From: a virus
Taxonomy: Duplodnaviria > Caudoviricetes
Length of the DNA: 52,795 bases
Direction: 5' to 3' (one strand)
IMG/VR virus record: IMGVR_UViG_3300037756_000059
Location: 1-52,795 of that record
Positions 23,752 through 32,617 of this stretch are shown one piece after another. The stretch's first letter is position 1. Each line of letters begins with the position of its first letter. A program made the position numbers and the translations under genes. A model generated the notes under the pieces. That model was not told the origin of the DNA. It made no database searches and was given only the letters and a program-made list of their open reading frames with translations.

Positions 23752-24464
23752 CTGCGGTCCCGCGCGCGAAGAGCGCCGGCAAGCTGATTGCGCTGGCCGA
23801 AGCCAACGGCTGGGCCATCCGCGAGGTTGACGACCCGGCGAACCAGCGCTACGGCCTGGAGTGCATCCGTGGAGGCACCACGCTCCAGGCCACGTGGTGC
23901 GAGGGCCGCACCGAGGGTGGGCGCGTCGTTCTCGACGCGCCCATCTACGGCATCAACTTGCAGCAGTTCCGGGAGTACCTGGAGCACGAGCCCAAGTGGG
24001 AGGGGCGGACCTTGCAGGACGTCACAGAGGACGAGCTGCGCCGGCTCTCGGCAGAGATGCCCGACGAGCTGCGCACCAAGATGCAGGACGAGTACGAGTA
24101 CCTGAAAACCTACGTGTCCGGCCACCCGCTCGACCAGGTGAACATGCGGGCCTGGCCCGACGTGGTCGAGGTGGCGATGATCTTCGAGCAGGACCCGGTG
24201 ACTGGGTACTGGACGTTCGAGGAGGGCGAGACTCTCAAGCTGATGGGCCTGGTGGAGGAGTTGAAGCTCAAGACCACCAAGAAAAAGAACCAGATGGCCA
24301 CTTTTGCGCTCAGCGACATGAGCGGCAGCGTGAACTGCGTGGCGTTCGGGGGCGGTTACGAGCAGATGACCGCCGGCATGCTGGTGGCCGTGGACGGCGA
24401 GATCAGCGAGCGCAACGAGTTGCGCGAGTTCAAGGTCAAGCGAGCGATCGAGGTGGCGTGGTGA
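23748..24464 (+). CDS. Protein with a C-terminal DnaE (Pol III alpha)-type OB-fold
   Basis: GLVEELKLKTTKKKNQMATFALSDMSGSVNCVAF...G.LVAVDGEI..R. Confidence 0.75.
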   Translation: MTAVPRAKSAGKLIALAEANGWAIREVDDPANQRYGLECIRGGTTLQATWCEGRTEGGRVVLDAPIYGINLQQFREYLEHEPKWEGRTLQDVTEDELRRLSAEMPDELRTKMQDEYEYLKTYVSGHPLDQVNMRAWPDVVEVAMIFEQDPVTGYWTFEEGETLKLMGLVEELKLKTTKKKNQMATFALSDMSGSVNCVAFGGGYEQMTAGMLVAVDGEISERNELREFKVKRAIEVAW

Positions 24465-24466
24465 GC

Positions 24467-24676
24467 ATGACGACCGAGCAGGTCAAGGCCGATGCGTACG
24501 GCAGCCTGGCCTGGATGGAGGGCTACACCCTCCCCGATGACGAGGGGTACCAGCACCGCATCAAGTTCCTGGACGACCCGCACGACGACGCCGTGCGCGT
24601 CCTCGTCGAGCCCATGCAGGGGCCGGGCGTCGACCAGTACTTCGACATCGAGATCACCGTGCGAGAGGTGACTTAG
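24467..24676 (+). CDS. Hypothetical protein
   Basis: Operon packing. Confidence 0.65.
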   Translation: MTTEQVKADAYGSLAWMEGYTLPDDEGYQHRIKFLDDPHDDAVRVLVEPMQGPGVDQYFDIEITVREVT

Positions 24677-25494
24677 TGCAGACGCTGCTCCGCCAGATCC
24701 GCCGACCACTGATCGGCGGCGAAGAGATGCCCGTCGTGTTCGAGCAGCTCGCCAACATCGGCGCCAACGCTCGACGCGGCGAGATCATGATGATCGTGGG
24801 CCAGCCGGCGGCGGGCAAGTCCGCCGTCGCCCTGTGGCTTGCGCTGCAGTGGGTGGCCAAGCACGGTGAGCGGGGCATCTACTGGTCCGCTGACGCCGCG
24901 CCCTTCGTGGCGGCCGCCCGAACGGCGGCCGCGCTTGGCGCCGGCAAGTACCGGGACGTCGAGCAGATGCTGCGGGACAAGAACCCTCGCGCCCTGGCGC
25001 CGCTCGAGCAAGTCTCTCGCGCCGGACTGGAATGGTGCTTCGACGCGTACATCGACTCCAGCAGCCTGCAGCTCAACATGGACGCGTTCCTCGAGAAGTG
25101 GGGAAAGCACCCCGACTTCGTGATCATCGACAACTTGACTGACGTCGACACCGGGCGAGAGGGCGACGAGTTCTCCTCGCTGCGCGGCATGATGCGCGAC
25201 CTCAACTTCATGGCGCGGCGCTCCCGCGCCGCCATGGTGGCGCTGCACCACACGTCAGAGGCCGAGAGGGAGGACCCGCTGCCCCCGCGCAAGGCGGTGC
25301 ACGGCAAGGTCTCCGTGAAGCCCACGGTCATGATCGGCACGGCTCGGGGCGAGGGCGACACCAAGCCCATGGGCCCGCTCAAGAACCGCTACGGGTTTGA
25401 GGACAAGTCCGGCGGCACGGCCTGGGACTTCTACTTCGACGCCGACACGTTCCAATTCAACGGTCACAGAGGAAGGATCCTGAACCATGGTTAG
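24676..25494 (+). CDS. DnaB/RecA-fold replicative helicase (ATPase domain only)
   Basis: RRGEIMMIVGQPAAGKS, VIIDNL, LHHTSE, KNRYG. Confidence 0.88.
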   Translation: MQTLLRQIRRPLIGGEEMPVVFEQLANIGANARRGEIMMIVGQPAAGKSAVALWLALQWVAKHGERGIYWSADAAPFVAAARTAAALGAGKYRDVEQMLRDKNPRALAPLEQVSRAGLEWCFDAYIDSSSLQLNMDAFLEKWGKHPDFVIIDNLTDVDTGREGDEFSSLRGMMRDLNFMARRSRAAMVALHHTSEAEREDPLPPRKAVHGKVSVKPTVMIGTARGEGDTKPMGPLKNRYGFEDKSGGTAWDFYFDADTFQFNGHRGRILNHG

Positions 25495-25807
25495 CAAAGG
25501 CACTGACCCCAAGTTCGTCGAGCCGGAGACTGAGCGGACGTTCACCACGAGGAGCTACGAAGAGATCCTCGACGACATCGAGCAGAGCGGCGGGCCCACG
25601 GTGCGCATCGAGCCGCCCCGGCCTGGTCACTACGGAAGCCAGACGTTCGATGGCCGAGTGCCAGCGGACATCCATCAGTTCTTGGGCGACCTGAACGAGC
25701 TGAACAAGGGGGCGATCACCATCCGCCTGGCCGCCGTCATCCCGCACCCGTCGGGCAAGGTGACGATCATTACGGAGTCGTGGAACGATGACAAAGCGAC
25801 GACCTAA
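25487..25807 (+). CDS. Hypothetical protein
   Basis: 106 aa, overlapping operon packing. Confidence 0.65.
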   Translation: MVSKGTDPKFVEPETERTFTTRSYEEILDDIEQSGGPTVRIEPPRPGHYGSQTFDGRVPADIHQFLGDLNELNKGAITIRLAAVIPHPSGKVTIITESWNDDKATT

Positions 25808-26222
25808 GGACATCGGCACCGAGTGCGAGACCGCTGCAGAAAGGTACCTCAACACGCGCTTCAACCTCGTGAAGCGCGAGCAGCTGCGCGGCGGCGGCGA
25901 TCAGGGCGACCTGCACCTGATCTTCGACGAGCGTACGACGGTCGTGTTCCAGGTCAAGGGCGGTCACGCCGCCGAGACTGCGAGCGACGCGCAGATCGAG
26001 GCGTGGATGTCGGAGGCGGACGAGCAAGCGCTGCGCGCGGATGCCGACGTCGCCATCCTGGTCACCAAGCGCAAGGGCAAGGGCATGGCGAACGCCCACC
26101 TGTGGTGGGCGATCTTCTGGACGGAGCTGCGTGCGCCCGACGGGCACAATCCTGTCGACGCCCAAGTGCGCATGACTCTCGAAGAGGCGTGCGACGTGTT
26201 GAAGGGGTGGGGGTACCGATGA
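25788..26222 (+). CDS. Holliday junction resolvase (PD-(D/E)XK type)
   Basis: K.IGT..E, D.GDL, VFQVKGG, W..EA..Q, LVTKRKGKG. Confidence 0.8.
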   Translation: MTKRRPKDIGTECETAAERYLNTRFNLVKREQLRGGGDQGDLHLIFDERTTVVFQVKGGHAAETASDAQIEAWMSEADEQALRADADVAILVTKRKGKGMANAHLWWAIFWTELRAPDGHNPVDAQVRMTLEEACDVLKGWGYR

Positions 26223-26365
26223 AAACCTGGGAACAGGTGCTGGCCCTGGCCCTGGCCCTCACGAGGGGAGGCAGGCGCAAGCCCTACGTGTACAAGGCCC
26301 ACAACGGCTGGATCTACTGTTACACGGACTGCTGGATCTGCGCCCAGAGGAGGCGAGAGCGGTGA
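26219..26365 (+). CDS. Hypothetical peptide
   Basis: ATGA coupling. Confidence 0.55.
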   Translation: MKTWEQVLALALALTRGGRRKPYVYKAHNGWIYCYTDCWICAQRRRER

Positions 26366-26589
26366 TCCAGGACTGGTACGAGATCCAAGCCCTCGCCGGC
26401 TCTGGCAAGCGCGTGCGCCTGATCTTGGATTGGGACGCCACCGCGCCCGACGCTCGGCCTGAGGGTTGGCTGATCCACTTCGACGAGGTGGAGGGCGAGG
26501 CGCAACTCGGCGTGGGCGACGACCCCGAGGACGTGACGGTCTACAACTGCTGGCCAGTACTGGCCGCCGAGATCCTGGAGGAAGCGTGA
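26362..26589 (+). CDS. Hypothetical protein
   Basis: GTGA coupling. Confidence 0.65.
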   Translation: MIQDWYEIQALAGSGKRVRLILDWDATAPDARPEGWLIHFDEVEGEAQLGVGDDPEDVTVYNCWPVLAAEILEEA

Positions 26590-26804
26590 CCTACTTCGCA
26601 GACGGCGACTACTTCCCGTCCGAGTGGGAGAGGGAGCCGCAGCCCGGTCGCGAGGTGCGCAACGCGCGCCGAGTCCTCGCCGGCCTGGCCGGGGCCTTCG
26701 TCCTCGTCGCAGTCGTGCTGTGCGGTACGGTGCGTCCGTTCGCGGCGGCCGCGTTCTTCGCGCTCGCCGCCGTGACGCTGATTGTGCGGGAGGGGATCCG
26801 ATGA
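26586..26804 (+). CDS. Small membrane protein
   Basis: GTGA coupling; two hydrophobic segments. Confidence 0.6.
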   Translation: MTYFADGDYFPSEWEREPQPGREVRNARRVLAGLAGAFVLVAVVLCGTVRPFAAAAFFALAAVTLIVREGIR

Positions 26805-26956
26805 ATGCGGCCGAGATCTTGGCGATGGCGCTCGTTCCCGTGGTCTGGGCCACGCTGGGTGTTGGGTTATGGCGCGAGGATGCCCGCTGGGTCGGGATGT
26901 CGATGGCGACGCTCATCATATGGATGCTCGTTGTCGTTGTATGGGCCGTCGGATGA
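26801..26956 (+). CDS. Small membrane protein
   Basis: ATGA coupling; two hydrophobic segments. Confidence 0.6.
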   Translation: MNAAEILAMALVPVVWATLGVGLWREDARWVGMSMATLIIWMLVVVVWAVG

Positions 26957-27321
26957 CGCCCCTGGAGACGGTGCTTGAGATGCTGGGCGTGCGCCTCCGG
27001 GGCACGCGCAACCGGCAGAACGTGCGCTGCCCCAACGTCGACGCCCACAAGCACCGGGACCGCACGCCGTCGATGCACATCGACCTGGAGAAGCAGTACG
27101 CGCGCTGCTACGCGTGCGGGCTGCACGGCAACCCCGTATGGCTACTACACGAGCTGAAAGGAATGAGCCTGCGTGAGGCACAACAGCACTGCAATGCGCT
27201 GGATGACGGAAGCGGTCGAGCAGTACAGCAGGCACGTGACGTCGGCGGAATCCTACCTCCGAAGGCGCGACCTGTGGGACGACGCCGTTCTTCGTGGCTT
27301 CCGCCTGGGCGTGGTGCCTAG
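26953..27321 (+). CDS. DNA primase, zinc-binding (CHC2) part
   Basis: RCP....H.DRTPS....CYACG..GN. Confidence 0.85.
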   Translation: MTPLETVLEMLGVRLRGTRNRQNVRCPNVDAHKHRDRTPSMHIDLEKQYARCYACGLHGNPVWLLHELKGMSLREAQQHCNALDDGSGRAVQQARDVGGILPPKARPVGRRRSSWLPPGRGA

Positions 27322-27841
27322 AGAGGGGCACCGTCCCGAGCACCGCCGCATGGTCGGCCGGCTCGTGATTCCCTACGTCACCCCGTCCGGCGTCTGCAAC
27401 ATCAAGTTCCGCTGCATCAAGGACCACGACTGCTCCGCACAGGGCGACACGCACAAGAAGTACCTGGCGGCCACGGCATCCGAGGACCGCATGTTCAACG
27501 TCCAGGCGTTGCACGACGCGCTCGACACCATCTACGTGTCCGAGGGCGAGATCGACGCCATCACCGCGACCATCGCCGGATTCCCCACGGTGGGAATCTC
27601 CGGCGCCACCAAGTACGAGGACCACTACACCAAGCTGTTCGAGGACTTCGCCGAAGTCGTTGTCTTGGCGGACGGCGACACGGCCGGCGAAGAGTTCGCT
27701 GAGCGAGTCATGCGGGAGGTGGAGCACGCCCGTGTGATATACATGGAGCTGGACGGCGCCACCGACGTCAACGAGATCGTGGCGGAATACGGCGACGCGG
27801 CCCTGCGCCAGGTAATCACCGAGGGCGAGGAGAGAGAGTGA
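27173..27841 (+). CDS. DNA primase, TOPRIM part
   Basis: YL.RR....FRLG, RLVIPY, EGEIDAI, DGD.AG, DVN. Confidence 0.88.
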   Translation: MRHNSTAMRWMTEAVEQYSRHVTSAESYLRRRDLWDDAVLRGFRLGVVPREGHRPEHRRMVGRLVIPYVTPSGVCNIKFRCIKDHDCSAQGDTHKKYLAATASEDRMFNVQALHDALDTIYVSEGEIDAITATIAGFPTVGISGATKYEDHYTKLFEDFAEVVVLADGDTAGEEFAERVMREVEHARVIYMELDGATDVNEIVAEYGDAALRQVITEGEERE

Positions 27842-28260
27842 TGGAGAACCCAGCGACGACAGCCCGCGCCCGGTATCTCGACGCCCAGGGCCTGGACGAG
27901 CTGGCCGAGGCGAAGCAGCGGCTCAAATGGGCCATGCGGGACATGCGCATGTTGGAGGCCGACCTGGCCGCCGCCAACGAGCGGGCGAACTTCGCGGAGG
28001 CGTACTTCGAGGGCGCGCAAGGCAAGGTCGAGTACCTGGCCGAGCAGCTTGACCTGGCTAGGCAGCGCGCCGAACGCGCCGAGGCCGACCTGGCCGCCGC
28101 GCGGCAGCAACTCGACGCCGCCGTCGAACGGGCCGAGTACTGGAAAGGCCGTGCAGAGAAAGCATGGGAACGGGGCGATGAAGACGGGCTGACCATGCTC
28201 CGGCTAGAGGCCGCCCTGGTCGCCGCGCGGCGGCAACTCGCCCAGGACGTAGGCGCATGA
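27841..28260 (+). CDS. Coiled-coil protein with internal repeats
   Basis: Repeated EADLAAA..RA.. segments. Confidence 0.7.
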   Translation: MENPATTARARYLDAQGLDELAEAKQRLKWAMRDMRMLEADLAAANERANFAEAYFEGAQGKVEYLAEQLDLARQRAERAEADLAAARQQLDAAVERAEYWKGRAEKAWERGDEDGLTMLRLEAALVAARRQLAQDVGA

Positions 28261-28565
28261 CTGCCGGTAAACATCGCTACGTCTCTGCGGCCGAGAAGCG
28301 CGCCGAATTGGTGGCCGAAGGCAAAGAGCGGCGCAATTGTGAATGCCACGGAATGCCAATGCGTTGGCGACCAAGCTCACGCTACTCGGCGGGCGGAGCG
28401 TGGGATTGCCAGGTGAGGCGTCTTGAGCGGCAACGTCGACGACGACAGCGAAGGACGCCCCTGGAGAGACTGAAAGACAACGAATACTTGCGCCAATACA
28501 TGGCACGAAGGGCCGACGAGCGGGACTCCCAACGTCTCGCCACGCTACTCAAGGAGACTCAGTAA
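28257..28565 (+). CDS. Hypothetical basic Cys-containing protein
   Basis: ATGA coupling; CECHG.PM.W..WDC. Confidence 0.65.
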   Translation: MTAGKHRYVSAAEKRAELVAEGKERRNCECHGMPMRWRPSSRYSAGGAWDCQVRRLERQRRRRQRRTPLERLKDNEYLRQYMARRADERDSQRLATLLKETQ

Positions 28566-28837
28566 TGGCATACGGACACCGCAAGCGGGAGGACGAAGAG
28601 CTGGCGTGGGCCGACACCCGCGAGGCTGTGCAGCTGGCCCTCCGGTCCATCTTGCGCCGCGCCAGCAACATCGTCCTCGATCGCTACTTCAACGAGCAGT
28701 TCCTGCCCGCCTTGGAGCGCGGCGAGATCTTGGAGCTGGACGCCACGCAGCGGGAGCTGCGCGGTCTCCTCGCCGAGGAGATCACGAAGCAGCGGCTAGA
28801 ACTGGAGGCCGGGGATGCTACCGACCAGAGTGTCTAG
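28565..28837 (+). CDS. Hypothetical protein
   Basis: TAATG coupling, AAGGAG SD. Confidence 0.7.
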   Translation: MAYGHRKREDEELAWADTREAVQLALRSILRRASNIVLDRYFNEQFLPALERGEILELDATQRELRGLLAEEITKQRLELEAGDATDQSV

Positions 28838-29429
28838 TCGCGTCGAGCGCAAACCGACCAGCACGCCTCGCGTGCTGGTCTGGGACATAGAACGCGCCCC
28901 GCACCTGGCCTACACCTACGCCATCTGGCAGCAGAACATCAGCCGCGCCGGCCTGATCAAGCACGGCGAAATGTTCTGTTTCGCGGCCAAGTGGCTGGGT
29001 GAACCTGGCGTAGAGTTCCACGCCACGTGGCACGGCGAGATCCCGTACCTGCGCCGCGCTCGGGACCTGCTCAACGAGGCCACGCACGTGGTGTCGTTCA
29101 TGGGCACGCGCTTCGACACGAAGCACGCGAACAACGTGTTCCTGCGGTACTCGATCCCGCCGCCCAGCGACTACAAGCAGATCGACCTGTTCCGCATCGG
29201 CAAGCAGTACTTCGACTTGCCGTTCAAGGGGCTCGACGACTTGGCCCAGTTGCTGGGGCTCGGCGGCAAGCTGGACCACGAGAACCTCATGCTGTCGACG
29301 CCCAAGGCCCTGGCCGGCGACGTCTACGCGCAGCGGGAGATCGGCGCCTACAACCGGCAGGACGTCGTCGTCACCGAAGACGTGGCCCTAGAGTTGGAGC
29401 GCCGGGGCTGGCTGGAGTTGCCACGATGA
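28815..29429 (+). CDS. DnaQ/RNase H-like 3'-5' exonuclease
   Basis: VLVWDIE, G.RFD, IDL, LD.LA..LG, YN.QDV. Confidence 0.85.
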   Translation: MLPTRVSSRVERKPTSTPRVLVWDIERAPHLAYTYAIWQQNISRAGLIKHGEMFCFAAKWLGEPGVEFHATWHGEIPYLRRARDLLNEATHVVSFMGTRFDTKHANNVFLRYSIPPPSDYKQIDLFRIGKQYFDLPFKGLDDLAQLLGLGGKLDHENLMLSTPKALAGDVYAQREIGAYNRQDVVVTEDVALELERRGWLELPR

Positions 29430-29677
29430 GTCGTTACTGGGACCTGACTAGAGAGGTCGTCCGCCAAGACGAGGTTCACCCGGCCGGCTATCCGGCTACT
29501 CGTGACGGCGTGTTCCTCGGCATCACCACTGCGGTTCATGAGCTGGAATACGAAGCCATCAACGCCTGGCGCGAAGAACGCAATCGTGACGGTTGGCCCG
29601 AGACCCGCGCCGAAGTGATTCAGGCGATTGCTGTGCTACTGCGCCTTGTACGCTCGATTGATGAGGCGGCACCATGA
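29426..29677 (+). CDS. Hypothetical protein (possible MazG-like helical fold)
   Basis: E..RQD..H...E..E...RAEVIQAIAV. Confidence 0.5.
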   Translation: MSRYWDLTREVVRQDEVHPAGYPATRDGVFLGITTAVHELEYEAINAWREERNRDGWPETRAEVIQAIAVLLRLVRSIDEAAP

Positions 29678-30369
29678 CCATCGACATCTCGCCGCTGGAG
29701 CACCAGCTCTTCGCCCAGGTGGCCGAGGACACGACGCGCCGCTTCTGGGGCTACGTCGAGCAGGACGACGTGACCCAGGAGTGCGCCCTGTGGTTCTGCA
29801 TCCACTACGCCAAGATCCAGGAGTGGCGCGAGACGGCGCGCACGCCGCTCGCGCCTCTGGCCGTGGCCCTGTTCCGCGCAGCCAAGCGCTACGCCCGAGC
29901 TGAGAAGGAAGCGTGGAGGCGCAGCGTGCCCCAGGAGTTCAAGGACGACTACACCACGGCCCAGGTCCGGGCGGCGCTGCACATGGCGCTGCGCGACCCC
30001 GAGCACGACCACGGCTCCGAGATGATCCGTGCCGTTGTGGCGGATCTGCGGATCGCCATGGCCTCGCTGCGCGAGAACGATCGGGGCGTGCTCCAGGCGG
30101 CCGTGGACTTCGACTACGACTACGCGGCCATCGCCAAGGCGTACACGGACGACGAGGTGCAGCTCACCGAGGCGGCGGCCAAGTCCCGCGTGCACCGCGC
30201 TGTGGTACGCTTGACTCGGGCGATGAACGAGGAGGCCGAGCAGGCGCGCCTGAACGCGCCCATCACGTTCAAGGACATCGCCCGCTACAGCAACTCGGGC
30301 ATCCTGGCCTTCCAGATGGGCATGGGCCAAGAGAACAACAATCCAGGAGCAGGAGACCGCAATGGTTGA
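29674..30369 (+). CDS. Sigma-factor-like DNA-binding protein
   Basis: VEQDDVTQE..LW (region 2-like); DLRIAMASL...DR.VL...YAAIA...AAKSRVHRAV.RL (region 4-like HTH). Confidence 0.75.
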   Translation: MTIDISPLEHQLFAQVAEDTTRRFWGYVEQDDVTQECALWFCIHYAKIQEWRETARTPLAPLAVALFRAAKRYARAEKEAWRRSVPQEFKDDYTTAQVRAALHMALRDPEHDHGSEMIRAVVADLRIAMASLRENDRGVLQAAVDFDYDYAAIAKAYTDDEVQLTEAAAKSRVHRAVVRLTRAMNEEAEQARLNAPITFKDIARYSNSGILAFQMGMGQENNNPGAGDRNG

Positions 30370-30982
30370 CGTGCCACGCATCGTCGGAATCTCGGGCAAG
30401 AAGCGCCACGGCAAGGGCGCCATCGCCGAACGCCTCATCCACGCCTGGGGCTTCACTCGGGTCGGCTTCAAGGACGCGCTGGTCGACGCCGTCCGGGCGC
30501 TGAACCCCATCGTGGGCGACGACCCGATACACGGGCAGCGGCGATGGGCCGACCTCGTTGACGAGTGGGGTTACGAGGAGGCGAAGGACCATTCCCGCTA
30601 CGGTCACGAGGTCGTGCGCGTGCTCCAGAACTACGGCACGCACATCCGCACGATCCAGCCGGACTTCTGGGTGGACGCCTGGCGCCAGGGTGTTATGCGC
30701 CAGTTCCGCGAGGGCAACGTGCGCGTTGTCGTCGACGATGTGCGCTTCCCCAACGAGGCTGAGGCGGTGGAGCGCGGCGGCCACGTGCTCCGCGTAGTGC
30801 GCCACCCCGAACCCCTGATGCCCGAGGCCCTGGCCGCCCACGTCTCGGAGACGGCGCTGGACAGCTACCCCTTCAAGCACTGGTTGTACAACGACGGGCC
30901 CCTGGCGAAACTGCACCTCAAGGTCGACGAGTGGGTCCTGCAGACCTGGCCGAGGATCCTCTCGGGCACGGACTGGCTGTGA
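30362..30982 (+). CDS. Deoxynucleoside monophosphate kinase
   Basis: IVGISGKKRHGK, F.D.L, R.LQ.YGT, DFWV, DDVRFPNE, HVSETAL. Confidence 0.9.
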   Translation: MVDVPRIVGISGKKRHGKGAIAERLIHAWGFTRVGFKDALVDAVRALNPIVGDDPIHGQRRWADLVDEWGYEEAKDHSRYGHEVVRVLQNYGTHIRTIQPDFWVDAWRQGVMRQFREGNVRVVVDDVRFPNEAEAVERGGHVLRVVRHPEPLMPEALAAHVSETALDSYPFKHWLYNDGPLAKLHLKVDEWVLQTWPRILSGTDWL

Positions 30983-31191
30983 ACTACCGCAAGGGTGACC
31001 GCGTCCTGATCCTGGAGGGTCGGGACGACGGTGTACCCTTGGAGCACTGCCTGGCCAGGCCCCAAGTCGGCATCGTCACCCGCACCGGGCTCACCGAGTG
31101 CGTGTGGGTGCGCGGCGAGGGCTGGGGCATGCTCAAGGGCCAGGAGATCGAGCAACTGCTGGAGCCCGAAGAACTCAGGAGGCTGGACTGA
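30979..31191 (+). CDS. Hypothetical protein (SH3/KOW-like start)
   Basis: GTGA coupling; YRKGDRVLI. Confidence 0.6.
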   Translation: MNYRKGDRVLILEGRDDGVPLEHCLARPQVGIVTRTGLTECVWVRGEGWGMLKGQEIEQLLEPEELRRLD

Positions 31192-31451
31192 TGGCGAGCG
31201 AGACGCACAGCATGCGCACGCCGAGCAGACGCGCGCGAAGCTGGAGTGGGGATGGAACCCCCGGCAGCATTGACGAGATGGTCAAGTTCATCAACGACGC
31301 AATCGAGGAGGGCAGGAGGCACGAGTTCAAGCCCATCTTCGAGCGCGCCCGGATCACTGACGTGTACCGCCGGATCGGAATCTTCTGGTTCAGCGACAAC
31401 TGGCCGGACTACTACGACCCCAAGCACGCGAGGTCCCAAGATGGCGACTAG
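31191..31451 (+). CDS. Hypothetical protein
   Basis: TGATG coupling, AGGAGG SD. Confidence 0.65.
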   Translation: MASETHSMRTPSRRARSWSGDGTPGSIDEMVKFINDAIEEGRRHEFKPIFERARITDVYRRIGIFWFSDNWPDYYDPKHARSQDGD

Positions 31452-31629
31452 CGTCAAGGGCCACACCCGAACCCGCAACGGCAAGACCGTCAAGGTCCGA
31501 AGCTACACGCGCAACAACTACCTGGGGCTCCCCAAGCCGATGCGCATCAAGCGCGCCCGCGCCACGTGGCGCAAGGTGAAGCGCCGGCCGGGCGCGGCGC
31601 TGCTCGACTTCCTCGAGCGCTGGATCTAG
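31441..31629 (+). CDS. Small basic protein
   Basis: VKGHTRTRNGKTVKVRSYTR. Confidence 0.7.
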   Translation: MATSVKGHTRTRNGKTVKVRSYTRNNYLGLPKPMRIKRARATWRKVKRRPGAALLDFLERWI

Positions 31630-31633
31630 GCAC

Positions 31634-31676
31634 GAAAAAGGCCCCATTCCGCAACCAGCGGAATGGGGCCTTTTTC
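31634..31676. terminator. Bidirectional intrinsic terminator
   Basis: GAAAAAGGCCCCATTCCGC-AACCA-GCGGAATGGGGCCTTTTTC between the convergent arms. Confidence 0.92.
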
Positions 31677-31678
31677 AG

Positions 31679-31933
31679 TTACTTCTTGATGCGCCGAACG
31701 AAGTGGTAGATGAGCCAGCCTCCGCCGCCGAAGAGCAGCGAGCCCAGCGCGAACACCGTCAGCTCGGGGCCGATCAACGACCACACCTCTTCGACGCTCA
31801 CCTCCGTGAGCGTGTCTCCGGGCGTGCCGTTGAAGATGGCGATGCCCTCCGGCACCAGGAAGCCCATGAGGGCGACCAGAAACCAGACGAGCCAGTACCA
31901 CTTCCAGCCCGAGCGGTCGTCGTCACTCGCCAT
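31679..31933 (-). CDS. Membrane protein of the lysis cassette
   Basis: Two TM segments, basic C-terminus, after holin. Confidence 0.7.
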   Translation of the reverse strand: MASDDDRSGWKWYWLVWFLVALMGFLVPEGIAIFNGTPGDTLTEVSVEEVWSLIGPELTVFALGSLLFGGGGWLIYHFVRRIKK

Positions 31934-32198
31934 CGGGCTCGGCCTTCTCGGCCTCGGTGGCCAGCTTCTCCGCCGCCCAGTCGGCGAACACGTCGGCCTT
32001 CCAGGGCGTGACCCGCTGGCGAGCGACCCAGCCCAGCAGGGCTGCGACGAACGTGTTCAGCTCGGCCACCTGGAGCGCGGACAGGTCCAGGCCGAAGGCG
32101 ACGGCGACGCTGATGGCGCTGCCGGCGACGGCTGGCAGGAACGGCCAGCCGATCTTGTCCACGAAGGACCTGTCGGTTGCAGGTGCTCCGGTTGCCAT
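31923..32198 (-). CDS. Holin-like protein
   Basis: Two TM segments; AFGLDLS..Q...ARQRVTP; downstream of lysins. Confidence 0.7.
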   Translation of the reverse strand: MATGAPATDRSFVDKIGWPFLPAVAGSAISVAVAFGLDLSALQVAELNTFVAALLGWVARQRVTPWKADVFADWAAEKLATEAEKAEPDGE

Positions 32199-32617
32199 CA
32201 CTTGCTCCAATCCGCTGCTCGAGGATGCCCCGTGCGCAGCTCATAGTCGAGATCGAGGAACTGGACGTAGGTGCCGTGCTTGTACACGGACCACGGCGTG
32301 AAGTCCGTACCGCCCTTCGAGATCACCCAGGCCGCTGACGCGCAGTAGTCCGGGTGTCGGAGGGCGAACGCGATGCGCCACAGGTCGGCAGCATTGCCGG
32401 AGCGGTGATCGCGCAGCGATCGCACCTGGAACCAGCCGACGCTGGGGCCCCAGGCTTCGTTGATCAGACCGACGTCGCCCACAGCATCGGTGTACACGAA
32501 GGGTGGGCCTTCTTGCGCCCACCCTCGCGACTCGCCGTAGCCGATGGCCTTCATGACTCGGCGCTTCTCCGGGTCAGTGAACCCGGCCCGGATCAGCGTC
32601 TCGTCGGCGGGGCTCAC
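32198..32617 (-). CDS. Lytic transglycosylase (SLT/lysozyme-like)
   Basis: AIGYGES, SVGWFQV, L..P...A.AA..IS..GTDFTPWSVY. Confidence 0.8.
   Translation of the reverse strand: MSPADETLIRAGFTDPEKRRVMKAIGYGESRGWAQEGPPFVYTDAVGDVGLINEAWGPSVGWFQVRSLRDHRSGNAADLWRIAFALRHPDYCASAAWVISKGGTDFTPWSVYKHGTYVQFLDLDYELRTGHPRAADWSK

Noticed and set aside
27955-28240. Short DNA repeats inside the coiled-coil gene
   Set aside because: Explained by repeated coiled-coil peptide segments; no independent signal
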